Of a stretch of DNA of 64,000 bases, positions 17,834 through 29,857 are shown in pieces (positions within the stretch are counted from its first letter, which is position 1; each line of letters begins with the position of its first letter). Origin of the DNA: Vulcanimicrobiota bacterium (GTDB taxonomy: Bacteria > Vulcanimicrobiota > Vulcanimicrobiia > Vulcanimicrobiales > Vulcanimicrobiaceae); the NCBI GenBank assembly GCA_003135555.1, contig PLCF01000085.1, positions 221,493 through 285,492 on the forward strand, written 5' to 3'. Below the pieces are notes generated by a model. That model saw only the letters and a list, made by a program, of their open reading frames with translations, ran no database searches and was not told where the DNA came from. Made by a program: the position numbers and the translations under genes.

Positions 17834-19651
17834 GTGCCGGTTCCTTGCAAATATGCCGCATTGCTCGCGGACTGGCTCTGCGACCTCGGCTACACCCACT
17901 GCTTCTTCGTCGCCGGCGGCAACATCATGCATCTTCTGGATGCTGCTCGAACGCGCTTCACCTGCGTCGCGGTCGTGCACGAGGTTACTGCCGGAGTCGC
18001 GGTCGAGTACTTCAACGAGATTCGCGGCGCCCAAGGCGGCCGCGCGTTCGCCTTGGTCACCGCCGGTCCCGGCCTTACCAACATCGTCACGGCCTTGGCC
18101 GGAGCGTTCCTGGAGAGCCGCGAGCTCTTGGTGCTCGGTGGCCAGGTCAAGTCGACCGATCTCGCCGGCCCGACGTTGCGTCAGCGCGGGATCCAGGAGA
18201 TCGACGGCATCGCGCTCGCGAAGCCGGTGACCGTCGTCGCCGAACGGATCGAACGGCCGGTGGACCGCGCAACGTTCACGCGACTCGTCGGACGCGGCGA
18301 ACAAGCGCGAAAGGGACCGGTCTTTCTCGAGATCTGTCTCGATGCGCAAGGCGCCCCCGTCGATCGCAGCGACCTCGAACGCAACGACGCGTCGCGTCCC
18401 CCCGCCGTGGGTGCAAAGCAGGCCGCTGCAGCGCGGAGCGCTGCGCCGCAGGTTGCGGCGCTGGTTCGCGACGCTGCGCGTCCGGTGGTCTTGCTGGGCG
18501 GAGGGTTCTCGCGCGCGGCCGCATCGCGGCTGCGCGCCTCACTGCGCTCGATGGACGTCCCGGTGATGACGACGTGGAACGCCACCGATCGTGTCGACGC
18601 GCGCGATCCGCACTACGCGGGACGGCCGAACACCTTCGGCCAGCGTTCTGCCAACGTGCTCATCGCGCAAGCCGATTGCATCGTCGCCGTAGGCACCCGG
18701 CTGGGGCTGCAGCAGACGGGGTTCAACCACGAGGCGTTCGCGCCGCTCGCCACGGTGGTGCAGGTCGACATCGACGAGGCCGAGCTGACGAAGGGTCATC
18801 CGAGGGTCGACGTCGCGGTGCCCGGCGATGCGGACGCGTTCATGGAGGCGCTCCTCGAGCACGATCTGGGCAGGCATGGCGAGTGGCTCGCGTTTTGCCG
18901 CTTCGTGCGCACGCGCTTGCCGCCGGCGGACCCCGAGAACGTGCATTCACCCGAATACCTCGATCCGTTCGCGTTCATGCAAACCTTGTCGCGGCTGTGC
19001 GACGAGCGCGATCTCATCGTCCCGTGTTCGAGCGGCGGCGCGTTCACGACGGCGATGCAAGCGTTCGATCAGCGCTTCGGCCAAGCCGTGGTGACCGACA
19101 AAGGACTTGCCGCGATGGGGTACGGGCTCCCCGGAGCGATCGGGGCGGCGTTTGCGGGGGGCGGACGCCGGACGATTCTCTGCGACGGCGACGGCGGCTT
19201 CAGCCAAAACCTCCAAGAGCTTGCCACCGTTGCCGTCAATCGGCTGCCGATCAAGATCTTTCTCATGAGCAACGAAGGGTACGCCTCGATCCGAATGACC
19301 CAGCGGAACTACTTCGAAGGCGGCTATCTCGGCTGCGACATACAGAGCGGGCTGGGTTTCCCGAACTGGGACATGCTGTTCCGCGCGTACGACGTTCCGC
19401 TGTTCGTGCTGGGCGCGGACTGGGAACACGACCCTGCGATCCGCAGCGCGATGCGATCCGACGGGCCGGCTGGATTCCTGGTGCCGGTGGATCCCGAACA
19501 GACGTACTACCCGAAGATCACCAGCCGCGTCACCGCGAGCGGCTCGATGGAGTCCGCTCCGCTTCACCTCATGAGTCCGCCGCTGGCGCCGGACGTCTCG
19601 GCCGACGTGCTTCCGTACCTCCGCGCCCACGAGAGCCCGATACCGTCGTGA
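17834..19651 (+). CDS. ThDP-dependent enzyme (acetolactate-synthase/YerE-like)
   Basis: [35 protein letters not shown]...N ThDP motif. Confidence 0.88.
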   Translation: MPVPCKYAALLADWLCDLGYTHCFFVAGGNIMHLLDAARTRFTCVAVVHEVTAGVAVEYFNEIRGAQGGRAFALVTAGPGLTNIVTALAGAFLESRELLVLGGQVKSTDLAGPTLRQRGIQEIDGIALAKPVTVVAERIERPVDRATFTRLVGRGEQARKGPVFLEICLDAQGAPVDRSDLERNDASRPPAVGAKQAAAARSAAPQVAALVRDAARPVVLLGGGFSRAAASRLRASLRSMDVPVMTTWNATDRVDARDPHYAGRPNTFGQRSANVLIAQADCIVAVGTRLGLQQTGFNHEAFAPLATVVQVDIDEAELTKGHPRVDVAVPGDADAFMEALLEHDLGRHGEWLAFCRFVRTRLPPADPENVHSPEYLDPFAFMQTLSRLCDERDLIVPCSSGGAFTTAMQAFDQRFGQAVVTDKGLAAMGYGLPGAIGAAFAGGGRRTILCDGDGGFSQNLQELATVAVNRLPIKIFLMSNEGYASIRMTQRNYFEGGYLGCDIQSGLGFPNWDMLFRAYDVPLFVLGADWEHDPAIRSAMRSDGPAGFLVPVDPEQTYYPKITSRVTASGSMESAPLHLMSPPLAPDVSADVLPYLRAHESPIPS

Positions 19652-20451
19652 ACAAGACCGAGCGCCGGATGGTCGAGATCCTCGAGCAAGGCGCCGGCGC
19701 GTACGGATACGTCTCGGTCAAGGCCGAGTTCGAAGCCGAGGGGACGCGTCCCGACGAGCTGCTGCGGCTCGTCGAGATCGCGTCGCGCGCCGGCCTGCCG
19801 CTGACGGTCAAGATCGGCGGCTGCGAAGCGATGCGCGACCTGCTCGAGGCCAAGCAGATCGGCGTCCGTTACATCGTCGCTCCGATGGTCGAAACGCCGT
19901 ACGCCCTTTCGAAATACATCGCCGCGAAGGAGACGGTATTCAACCCGGACGAGGCGCAGGATGCGGACTTCCTCTTCAACCTGGAGACGATCACCGGCTA
20001 CCAGCATCGCGCCGCCTTGGTCGAGCTCGCCGCGGCGCGTCCCGGCGTCGACGGCATCGTGTTCGGCCGGGTCGACTTCGTCGGCTCGACCGGCCGCGAC
20101 CGCATGACCATCAACGACGACGACGTCACGAACCACGTGCTCGAGACGGCGAAGCTGTGCCGCGCGGCCGGCCTCGACTTGGTCGTCGGCGGCGGCATCT
20201 CGCGCGATGCCGTTCCGGCGCTGCGGCGGGTTCGGAGCGAGCACTTGACGCGCTTCGAGACGCGCAAGGTGGTCTTCGGTGCGGCCGCCCTGGACGGCCC
20301 CGGGATCGAACAGGGGCTGCTCAACGCGGTGCACTTCGAATTGCTCTGGTTGATCAACAAGCGCGAGTACTACGGTGCGATCCACGGCGAGGACGCGCGG
20401 CGCATCGACATGCTGGAGAGCCGTTGGAACGTTCTGAAGCAACGGACGTAG
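19648..20451 (+). CDS. HpcH/HpaI aldolase / citrate-lyase-like protein
   Basis: [39 protein letters not shown] overlaps the upstream stop. Confidence 0.75.
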   Translation: MNKTERRMVEILEQGAGAYGYVSVKAEFEAEGTRPDELLRLVEIASRAGLPLTVKIGGCEAMRDLLEAKQIGVRYIVAPMVETPYALSKYIAAKETVFNPDEAQDADFLFNLETITGYQHRAALVELAAARPGVDGIVFGRVDFVGSTGRDRMTINDDDVTNHVLETAKLCRAAGLDLVVGGGISRDAVPALRRVRSEHLTRFETRKVVFGAAALDGPGIEQGLLNAVHFELLWLINKREYYGAIHGEDARRIDMLESRWNVLKQRT

Positions 20452-21125
20452 GGGCGGCGCCCGGATCGGTTTTCATCACCGGCGCGGCGCGCGGGCTCGG
20501 CGCGGCGATCGCGCGCCGCTTCCGCGCCGCGGGGCGCACGGTCGTCGCCCCAACGCGGGCCGAGCTCGACCTCGCCGACCCGGAGTCGGTGCGCCGTTTC
20601 ATCGGGCGTCCCGATCTCGAGGCGGTGGATGTCTTGATCAACAACGCCGGCGAGAACGTGTTGGGGACGATCGAGGCTCTGCCCGAAGCGCAGCTGCGCC
20701 GGATGTTTGAGACCAACGTCCTCTCCGCGTGGTCGCTGACGCGGGCGTTGGGCGGGATGATGTGCGCGCGCGGGCGCGGGCACATCGTGAACATCGCCTC
20801 GGTCTACGGGATCAAGAGCCGCCGTGCCCGGGGCGCGTACACCGCGACCAAGGCTGCGCTCATCGGGTTCACGAAGTCGGCCGCCATCGAATTCGGTCCG
20901 CACAACGTCTTGGTCAACGCCGTCGCGCCAGGTTTCGTCGACACCGAGCTGACGCGCAGGAACAACACGCCGGAGCAGCTCGAAGCGCTGTGCGGGATGG
21001 TGCCGCTCGGGCGGCTGGCGCAGCCCGACGAGATCGCGCACCTGGTGTATTGGCTGTGCTCCGCGGAGAACACGTACGTCACGGGGCAGACGGTGGTGAT
21101 CGACGGGGGATTCTTGGTTCAATGA
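20424..21125 (+). CDS. Short-chain dehydrogenase/reductase
   Basis: [17 protein letters not shown] (YxxxK), NAVAPG; TTG start after GGAGAG. Confidence 0.88.
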   Translation: MERSEATDVGAAPGSVFITGAARGLGAAIARRFRAAGRTVVAPTRAELDLADPESVRRFIGRPDLEAVDVLINNAGENVLGTIEALPEAQLRRMFETNVLSAWSLTRALGGMMCARGRGHIVNIASVYGIKSRRARGAYTATKAALIGFTKSAAIEFGPHNVLVNAVAPGFVDTELTRRNNTPEQLEALCGMVPLGRLAQPDEIAHLVYWLCSAENTYVTGQTVVIDGGFLVQ

Positions 21126-22204
21126 CGTCGACCGACGCGTTCATCGTCGCCTCCGCGCAGGGCGACTATCGGGTCGACTCGTTCGACCGCCTCGACGCCC
21201 TGCTGGCCGAAATCGTCCGGATCGACGGCGCCATCGTGGTCGCGGACGAGCGCGTGGCCGAACTCTACCGCGACGCGTTTGCCGCGCTCGGCGACATCCC
21301 GGTTTACCGGCTGGCCGCGACCGAGCGCGAGAAGACCCTCGCCGGCGTCGAGCGCGTGATGCTATCGATGCAGGCGACGGGTGCCGGCAAGCGCAGCGTC
21401 GTCGTCGGCATCGGCGGCGGGATCGTTCAAGACGTGGCGACGCTCGCTGCGCACCTCTGGTTTCGCGGTATCGAGTTCGTCTTCGTTCCCACGACGCTCT
21501 TGGCCATGGCCGACAGCTGCATCGGCGCTAAGAGTGCGGTGAACCTGGGAGCTTTCAAGAACCAGATCGGCACGTTTCACTCACCGTCCCGCGTGCTGAT
21601 GTGCCACCGGTTCGCCGCCACGCTTTCGGACGACGACGTCCGGTCCGGCTATGGTGAGATGGTCAAGCTCGCGATCATCGACTCCGCGGCGCGGTTCGCC
21701 GAGCTCGAGCGCGACGTCGAGGCGGGCGGATTTCGCGGACCGCGTCTGGATCGGCACATCCGCGCCAGCCTCGAGACCAAGCGACGGATCATCGAGGTCG
21801 ACGAGTACGAGCGCGATCTGCGCCGAGTGCTCAACTACGGTCACACCTTCGGCCACGCGCTGGAATCCGTCACCGACAACGCCGTACCGCACGGGTTGGC
21901 CGTCGCATGGGGCGTCGACGTCGCAAACTTCATTGCCATGCGCAACGGGTACTTCGCCGAGGCCGGCTATGCGCAGGTACACCGCTTCCTGGCGGCAGCC
22001 TTCGCGCTGCGCCCGGCCGCCGCGTACGGCGCCGCCGGACTGCTCGAGGCGATTCGGCGCGACAAGAAAGCCGCATCGGGAAGCGTCAAGCTCATCCTGC
22101 CCTACGGCTGCGGCGACGTTCGCGTGGTTTCGACGGCGATCGATGCGAAGCTCGAAGCGCACATCGATGCGTACCTCCGCACCGACGACATCTTTGCGCG
22201 CTGA
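21122..22204 (+). CDS. 3-dehydroquinate synthase-like sugar-phosphate cyclase
   Basis: GGGIVQD, PTTLLAMADSCIGAK, GEMVK, LNYGHTFGHALE, HGLAV, DKK. Confidence 0.85.
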   Translation: MTSTDAFIVASAQGDYRVDSFDRLDALLAEIVRIDGAIVVADERVAELYRDAFAALGDIPVYRLAATEREKTLAGVERVMLSMQATGAGKRSVVVGIGGGIVQDVATLAAHLWFRGIEFVFVPTTLLAMADSCIGAKSAVNLGAFKNQIGTFHSPSRVLMCHRFAATLSDDDVRSGYGEMVKLAIIDSAARFAELERDVEAGGFRGPRLDRHIRASLETKRRIIEVDEYERDLRRVLNYGHTFGHALESVTDNAVPHGLAVAWGVDVANFIAMRNGYFAEAGYAQVHRFLAAAFALRPAAAYGAAGLLEAIRRDKKAASGSVKLILPYGCGDVRVVSTAIDAKLEAHIDAYLRTDDIFAR

Positions 22205-22205
22205 C

Positions 22206-23246
22206 ATGCCGGACCTCGCAACTCCCCGCCCGCGCAAGCTGATCTCCATCGTCACGCCGCTCTACAACGAGAGCGCGAACGTGGAGGAACTGGCGCGACG
22301 CCTGGGTGCCGTATTCGACCTGTGCGCGGAGCGCTACGACTTCGAGGTGATCGCGGTCGAGAACGGGTCGGCCGACGACACCTATGAGAAGCTCCTCGCC
22401 GTGCGCGCGCACGACCCGCGCTGGAAAGTCATCCAGCTTTCGCGCAACTTCCAGATGGAGGGCGGCATGACCGCGGGGCTGTCCGCGGCGCAGGGTGACG
22501 CGGCGGTGATCATGGCGGCCGACCTGCAAGACGCCCCCGAGCTCATCCCGCGCTTCATCGAGAAGTGGGAGGCGGGCTACGAGAACATCTATCAGGTAAT
22601 CAGCCGGCGCCCTGACGAAAGCCGGTTCCGGCGCTTCGCCGCAGCGACGTTTTACCGCATCATCAACCGGGTCAGCGACACGCCGGTACCTCGGAATGCC
22701 AGCGACTTCCGGCTTGTCGACCGGCTCGTGTACCGCGCCTTCAACCGGCTCGGAGAGCGGAACCGCATGGTGAGAGCGATGTGGGGGTTCATCGGTTTTC
22801 GCTCGTGCGGCATCGAGGCCGAACGTGCGCCTCGGCACGGCGGCAGATCGAGTTACAACTTTCTTCTGTCCGTGTCGTTCGCGCTGCGGGGAATTCTGTC
22901 GTCGTCCAACGTTCCGCTCAAGATCATCCCGTTCTTGGGGGCGGCGTGCGCGCTGCTGTCGTTCGTGATCCTGGTGGGCGTCGTCGCGCGCGCCTACCTC
23001 TACGGCGTGCCGTTCGATGGCTTCGGAACGATCACCGGGCTGATGCTGATGCTCTTCGGTTTCTTGTTCCTGCTGCTCGGACTCGTTAGCGAGTACATCG
23101 GCATGATCTACCACGAGACGCGCCACCGTCCGTCGTTCATCGTGCGCTCGGCCCACGGCTTGGCGACGGAGGATTTGCTGGGGGAACCTTTAGGTGACGG
23201 CGCCGCGGTGCCAGCGCAGCGTTCGGTCGAGAGCGCCGGCGAGTGA
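22206..23246 (+). CDS. GT2 polyprenol-phosphate glycosyltransferase (GtrB/ArnC-like)
   Basis: ISIVTPLYNE, LSRNF, ADLQD, DFRLVDR; two C-terminal TM helices and EYIGMIY..RP. Confidence 0.85.
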   Translation: MPDLATPRPRKLISIVTPLYNESANVEELARRLGAVFDLCAERYDFEVIAVENGSADDTYEKLLAVRAHDPRWKVIQLSRNFQMEGGMTAGLSAAQGDAAVIMAADLQDAPELIPRFIEKWEAGYENIYQVISRRPDESRFRRFAAATFYRIINRVSDTPVPRNASDFRLVDRLVYRAFNRLGERNRMVRAMWGFIGFRSCGIEAERAPRHGGRSSYNFLLSVSFALRGILSSSNVPLKIIPFLGAACALLSFVILVGVVARAYLYGVPFDGFGTITGLMLMLFGFLFLLLGLVSEYIGMIYHETRHRPSFIVRSAHGLATEDLLGEPLGDGAAVPAQRSVESAGE

Positions 23247-24230
23247 GGTGCGTTCGCGCAGGCCGAGCTCCGCGCGCGCGCGTGCCGTCGACGGGACGTA
23301 GCGATGGGCCGGCCCCGATGCCTCCGCTGGGCCGCGGATCTCGATCTGCGGACTGCGGCCCGAGGCGCTGGCCACGGCTTGGGCGAGCTCGACGACCGAT
23401 ACGCCGTGTTCCGAACCGACGTTGTAGGCGCGACCTGCCGAACCTCGGGCCAGGATTCGCCACAGCCACGTCGTCAAGTCCGCGGCGTAGAGATAAGACC
23501 TGACCGCGTTTCCGCTGCCGCTCACCACGATCGGCCCCGACCCGATTGCGTCGCGGATGAAGTTCCCGACGGCGAAGTGCGTGTCGATCGGAAGATACGG
23601 CCCCACGAAGGTGAAGAGGCGCGCGACCTTCACGGCCGGCCCGCCTGACGCGGCTGCGATCGCGCCGAGCAGTTCGGCGCAGCGCTTCCCTTCGTGATAG
23701 GCCTCGCGCGGTTGGAGCGGATCCGGGCCGCCGCCGTATTCCTCGCCGACATGTGAGAGATCGGCCGGCTGGCGGCCGTAGACGGCGCCCGAGCTGGTGA
23801 ACAGAAATGGAATCGCGCCGCTGCGCGCCGCGACGGCGAGGGTCGCACGCTGACCGGCCACGATCGTGTCGATCATCTCGGCGGGCCGGCTCTCGTTGAG
23901 CGCCGCGCTGGCCGGCGTTGCGGCATGCAAGACCGCGTCGTACGTTCCACGGTCGGGCGCCGCGTCGCGGACGTCACCGCGAATCAGCGTGACCCCCGGC
24001 GCGTTCGCGATGGCCGGCGAACGGCGCGCAAATGCGTCCGGGTCACGGGTCAGCACGTCGAGGCGGATCGACGTCGCGAGATGGTTGTTTGCGTGCACGG
24101 CCGATGCCAGAAACCAGGTGCCGACGAACCCGGTTCCACCGGTGACGTAGAACCGCGTTCCGCGGAACACCGCGATGTCCGATTCGGCATCCTCGACGAC
24201 CTCGTCCAGGTCGGAGGCGAGCGAGATCAC
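23190..24230 (-). CDS. NAD-dependent epimerase/dehydratase
   Basis: [33 protein letters not shown] overlaps the rfbH stop. Confidence 0.85.
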   Translation of the reverse strand: MISLASDLDEVVEDAESDIAVFRGTRFYVTGGTGFVGTWFLASAVHANNHLATSIRLDVLTRDPDAFARRSPAIANAPGVTLIRGDVRDAAPDRGTYDAVLHAATPASAALNESRPAEMIDTIVAGQRATLAVAARSGAIPFLFTSSGAVYGRQPADLSHVGEEYGGGPDPLQPREAYHEGKRCAELLGAIAAASGGPAVKVARLFTFVGPYLPIDTHFAVGNFIRDAIGSGPIVVSGSGNAVRSYLYAADLTTWLWRILARGSAGRAYNVGSEHGVSVVELAQAVASASGRSPQIEIRGPAEASGPAHRYVPSTARARAELGLRERTSLAGALDRTLRWHRGAVT

Positions 24231-25570
24231 TTCGAGACGTCGGCCGTAGCGGGAGCTTCCACGATCGCGCGAGCGATGAACTCGATCTCCGGGTCGCCGA
24301 GGCCCGGAAAGGTTCCAACCCAGAAAACGTCGTTCATGATCACGTCGGCGTTCACCAGTTCGCCGACGCTGCGATAGGCAACGTTCGCGTACGCGGGCTG
24401 ATGCACGAGGTTGCCGGCGAAGACGAGCCGCGTTCCGATCTTGCGATCGGTAAGGCGCGCGACGAGCGTGTTGCGATCGATCGGCGCGCCCGGCAGGACG
24501 CGGATCGGAAAGCCGAACCACGACGACGATCCACCCTGCGCTTCGCCCGGAAGCCCCACCCATGGGACGTCGGAGAGCAGTCCGAAGAGCCGTTGCGCAT
24601 TGCGCTTGCGGTCCGCGATGAAGCCGTCGATCTTCTCGAGCTGTGCGACGCCGACCGCGGCTTGCATGTCCGTCAGCTTGAGGTTGTAGCCGAGATGGGT
24701 GTACGTGTACTTGTGGTCGTAGCCGTAGGGCAAATCGCCGAGCTGCCAGTCAAAGCGCTTGCCGCACGTGTTCTCCTTGCCCGGCGCACACCAGCAATCG
24801 CGTCCCCAGTCGCGGAACGATTCCACGATCTTGCGGAGTTTCGGCGAGCGCATCAGCACCGCTCCGCCCTCGCCCATCGTCAGATGATGCGCCGGGTAGA
24901 AGCTGACGGTCGCGAGATCGCCGAAGGTCCCGACCTGCGCGCCGTTCCAGGTCGCTCCCACCGCGTCGCAGGTGTCCTCGATCATCCAGAGGTCGTGCCG
25001 GCGGCAAAAGTCGCGCAGCGCTTCGGGATCGTACGGATTCCCCAGCGTGTGCGCGAGGATGACGGCCTTGCTGCGGGGCGATATCGCGCGCTCGAACTGC
25101 GTGAGATCGGCATTGTACGTCGTCAGCTCGCTGTCGACGAAGACCGGGATGCAGCCGGCTTGCACGATCGGGTTCACGGTGGTGGGAAAACCCGCCGCCG
25201 CCGTGATCACCTCATCCCCCGGGCGTAGCCGGCGTTCGCCCAGTTCCGGCGACGTCAGCGCCATCAAGGCGCACAGATTCGCCGACGACCCCGAGTTCAC
25301 GAGGACGCACTCGCGCACGCCGAACCAGCTTGCAAACTCCTTCTCGAAGCGCGACGCGTAGCGACCGGCGGTCAGCCAGAAGTCGAGCGAGGCGTCGACG
25401 AGCGCCACCAGCTCGCGTTCGTCGAACGTTCGCCCGCTGACGGGGACGGCGTCCTCGTCGGGTCTGAAGCTGCGCTCCTCGTACGCCGCGCGGAAGTACG
25501 TCCGCGTGCGGGCGAGGATGTCGTTGCGAAGACGTTCGGCCTCGGAGCTGTTGCTCTTGTCGCGAAGCAT
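24227..25570 (-). CDS. rfbH: CDP-4-keto-6-deoxy-D-glucose 3-dehydrase (RfbH/DdhC)
   Basis: [23 protein letters not shown] (His replaces the PLP Lys), DWGRDCWC...NTC Fe-S motif, YDHKY. Confidence 0.92.
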   Translation of the reverse strand: MLRDKSNSSEAERLRNDILARTRTYFRAAYEERSFRPDEDAVPVSGRTFDERELVALVDASLDFWLTAGRYASRFEKEFASWFGVRECVLVNSGSSANLCALMALTSPELGERRLRPGDEVITAAAGFPTTVNPIVQAGCIPVFVDSELTTYNADLTQFERAISPRSKAVILAHTLGNPYDPEALRDFCRRHDLWMIEDTCDAVGATWNGAQVGTFGDLATVSFYPAHHLTMGEGGAVLMRSPKLRKIVESFRDWGRDCWCAPGKENTCGKRFDWQLGDLPYGYDHKYTYTHLGYNLKLTDMQAAVGVAQLEKIDGFIADRKRNAQRLFGLLSDVPWVGLPGEAQGGSSSWFGFPIRVLPGAPIDRNTLVARLTDRKIGTRLVFAGNLVHQPAYANVAYRSVGELVNADVIMNDVFWVGTFPGLGDPEIEFIARAIVEAPATADVSK

Positions 25571-25708
25571 CAGGTGAGTCGCGTGGTACCCGGGAGATCG
25601 AGGGGGTCGAAGCCGTTCACGCGGCCGGTATTCTGCGGCCTCGTGCTGATCGCCCGCGCCGCCCCCCCGGGACTTCCGATGCCGCACGGCCAAAGTCACC
25701 CGCTAGCT

Positions 25709-27368
<1,660 letters not shown>

Positions 27369-27370
27369 CC

Positions 27371-28309
27371 GTGCGGGTCCTCGTGACCGGCGCGCGCGGT
27401 TTCGTCGGGCGTCATCTGAGCGCCGCGCTGCGCGAGCGCGGCCACGACGTCGTCGAGGCCGATCGCGTTCCCCACGACGACGCGTTGCCGATCGACGTTA
27501 CCGACGCGCTGGCCGTGCGGGCCGCGTTCGATCTCGCGCAGCCCGAGGCAGTAGCGCACCTCGCCGCGCAGGCATCGGTGCCGGCCTCACTGGAGGATCC
27601 GCGCGCAGCCTTCGAGATCAACGCGCTCGGAACGCTCAACGTGCTCGAGGCGGCGCGCGCCGCAGCCGGCGCCGGCGCGCGCCCGCGCGTGCTGATCGCC
27701 AGCAGCGCCGACGTCTACGGCGCGCAGCCGCCCGACCGCTATCCGCTGCTCGAGACGACCGCGCCCAACCCGCGCAATCCGTACGCCGCCAGCAAGGTCG
27801 CGGCCGAGGCGCTCGCCCTGTCGTACGCGGCCTCGTTCGGCGTCGACGCGGTCGTCACGCGCGCGTTCAACCACATCGGGCCCGGTCAGGACGAGCGCTT
27901 CGCCGTCGCCGCGTTCGCCGCGCAGATCGCGCGCGCCGCAGCCGGCGGCCGGCCGCGCGTGAGCGTCGGCAACCTTGAGGCCAGCCGCGACGTCCTCGAC
28001 GTGCGCGACGTCTGCGCCGCGTACGTCGCGTTGCTCGAGGGCGGCGGGACGGCGGGTGAGATCTACAACGTGTGCAGCGGCACCGCGACGACGATGCGCG
28101 AGCTGCTGCGGCGACTCATCGAGATCGCGCACGTCCCGGTCGAGGTACGCGAGGACCCGGCGCGAATGCGACCGGCGGACGTCCCGATCAGCGTCGGCAG
28201 TGCCGCCAAGCTGCACGGCGCAACCGGTTGGGCCCCCCGCATCTCCCTGGCGGCGGCGTTGCGCGCCGTCTACGACGACGCCCGTGCCAGACTGGTAGCC
28301 TCAGGATGA
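27371..28309 (+). CDS. GDP-4-keto-6-deoxy-D-mannose reductase-like protein (RMD)
   Basis: TGARGFVG, HLAAQASV, YAASK, RAFNHIGPGQ, GNL..RD, RPAD; directly follows gmd. Confidence 0.75.
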   Translation: MRVLVTGARGFVGRHLSAALRERGHDVVEADRVPHDDALPIDVTDALAVRAAFDLAQPEAVAHLAAQASVPASLEDPRAAFEINALGTLNVLEAARAAAGAGARPRVLIASSADVYGAQPPDRYPLLETTAPNPRNPYAASKVAAEALALSYAASFGVDAVVTRAFNHIGPGQDERFAVAAFAAQIARAAAGGRPRVSVGNLEASRDVLDVRDVCAAYVALLEGGGTAGEIYNVCSGTATTMRELLRRLIEIAHVPVEVREDPARMRPADVPISVGSAAKLHGATGWAPRISLAAALRAVYDDARARLVASG

Positions 28310-28929
28310 CAACAGACGACGACTCGGAACCGACCGGCTCGGAACAGGATCGTTTCGACGCTTTCGTCTTCGCGAACCGCGGGGCGCTGCTCGCGCTGCC
28401 CGCCGTCGCGCTGGCCGCGCTGGGCAAACCGAGCGCGTTTTCGATCGCCACCGGCTTGCCGCTCGCGTTCGCGGGTGAGGTCGTGCGGATGTGGGCGGTC
28501 GGCTACAGCGGCGCGACCACCCGCGGCGACACGGTGACGGCGCCCGCGCTCGTCACGGCCGGGCCGTACGCCTACGTCCGCAACCCGCTGTATGCCGGCA
28601 ACTTCGTCACCGCGGCCGGGTTCGCTCTGGCTTTCACCGGCAGGAACTCGGCGGCCGCGCGGTTCGTGCTCGTCGGGGGCTCGTTGGCCGCGATGATCGG
28701 GATCTACGCAATCATCGTCCCGCACGAAGAAGCCTATCTGCGCGCGACCTTCGGACCGGCCTTCGACTCGTACTGCGCGCGCGTGCCGCGCATCGTCCCG
28801 GCGTTGGAACCCTCCGACCCGCAGCACGGGACGTACGATCCCAACGTCATCGGCAAGGCCGAGTCGCGCACCTGGTTGACCTTCGCGGCGATGCTCGGCG
28901 TGCTCGCACTCAAGGCAATGCGCGCGTGA
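28306..28929 (+). CDS. Isoprenylcysteine carboxylmethyltransferase/PEMT-family membrane protein
   Basis: LVTAGPYAYVRNPLYAG, EEAYL..FG..Y..VPR. Confidence 0.8.
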   Translation: MTTDDDSEPTGSEQDRFDAFVFANRGALLALPAVALAALGKPSAFSIATGLPLAFAGEVVRMWAVGYSGATTRGDTVTAPALVTAGPYAYVRNPLYAGNFVTAAGFALAFTGRNSAAARFVLVGGSLAAMIGIYAIIVPHEEAYLRATFGPAFDSYCARVPRIVPALEPSDPQHGTYDPNVIGKAESRTWLTFAAMLGVLALKAMRA

Positions 28930-29852
28930 GCGCGCACGCCGCGGGATCGACCGGACCGCTCAAGGTCGCGCTCGTCGCGACGGCCGGCGTCGCCGCGCTC
29001 GAGCTTGCCGGCGGCCTGCGCGCGGGATCGCTGGCCCTGCTTTCCGACGCGGCGCACGTCACGCTCGACGTCGTCGCGCTGGGGATCGCGTTGGCGGCGG
29101 CGGTCCAGGCGAAGCGCCCGGCGACGCAGCGCCGCACCTACGGCTTCGCACGCTACGAGATCCTCGCAGCGCTCGCCAACGGCGCGCTGCTCACCGCGGT
29201 CACCATCCTCATCCTGGTCGAGGCCGTGAAACGGTTGCTGCATCCGGGGCTCCCGGCCGGCGGGCTGATGGCGCTCGTCGCGGCGATCGGCTTGACGGTC
29301 AACGTCGGGGTCGGCCTGCTGCTGGCGCGCTCGCAGCACACCAACCTCAATATTCGCGCCGCGTTGTTCCACGTCGGGGGCGACGCATTGGGCGCGCTCG
29401 CGGTGGTCGCCGGCGGCGCGCTGATCGCCCTGACCGGCGCGGGCTGGATCGACCCCGCCCTCTCGATCCTGGTCTGCGCGATCATCGTGGCCGGCGTGGT
29501 GCGCATCGTGCGCGAGGCGACCGACGTGTTGCTCGAAAGCGCGCCGGGCCATGCCGAGGTTCCGGCGGTCCGCGACCGGATCGGCCGGGTGGAGGGCGTC
29601 GCCGGCGTCCACGATCTGCACGTCTGGACGATCGGGTCGGGTTCCCACGCCCTGTCTGCGCACGTGGTGCTCGAAGATCGCAAGCTGAGCGAAGCGAGCG
29701 CCATCTTGCGCTCGATCGACACGGCGTTGCGCGACGACTTCGAGATCACGCACGTCACCGTGCAGTTCGAGTGCGAGAGCTGCGACCCCGACACCACCAT
29801 CGTGTGCACGCAGACCCCTCGGGAACCCGTCGGCCTTTCCACGAAGTCCTAG
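28926..29852 (+). CDS. Cation diffusion facilitator (CzcD-like)
   Basis: SLALLSDAAH, TYGFARYE, NIRAALFHVGGD, HDLHVW, HVTVQFE. Confidence 0.9.
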   Translation: MSAHAAGSTGPLKVALVATAGVAALELAGGLRAGSLALLSDAAHVTLDVVALGIALAAAVQAKRPATQRRTYGFARYEILAALANGALLTAVTILILVEAVKRLLHPGLPAGGLMALVAAIGLTVNVGVGLLLARSQHTNLNIRAALFHVGGDALGALAVVAGGALIALTGAGWIDPALSILVCAIIVAGVVRIVREATDVLLESAPGHAEVPAVRDRIGRVEGVAGVHDLHVWTIGSGSHALSAHVVLEDRKLSEASAILRSIDTALRDDFEITHVTVQFECESCDPDTTIVCTQTPREPVGLSTKS

Positions 29853-29857
29853 GGGCT

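Noticed and set aside
21122..22204. Calling this gene housekeeping aroB and 17834-19651 ilvB
   Set aside because: The context is glycan synthesis with no aroK/aroC or ilvN/ilvC, so gene symbols were withheld.
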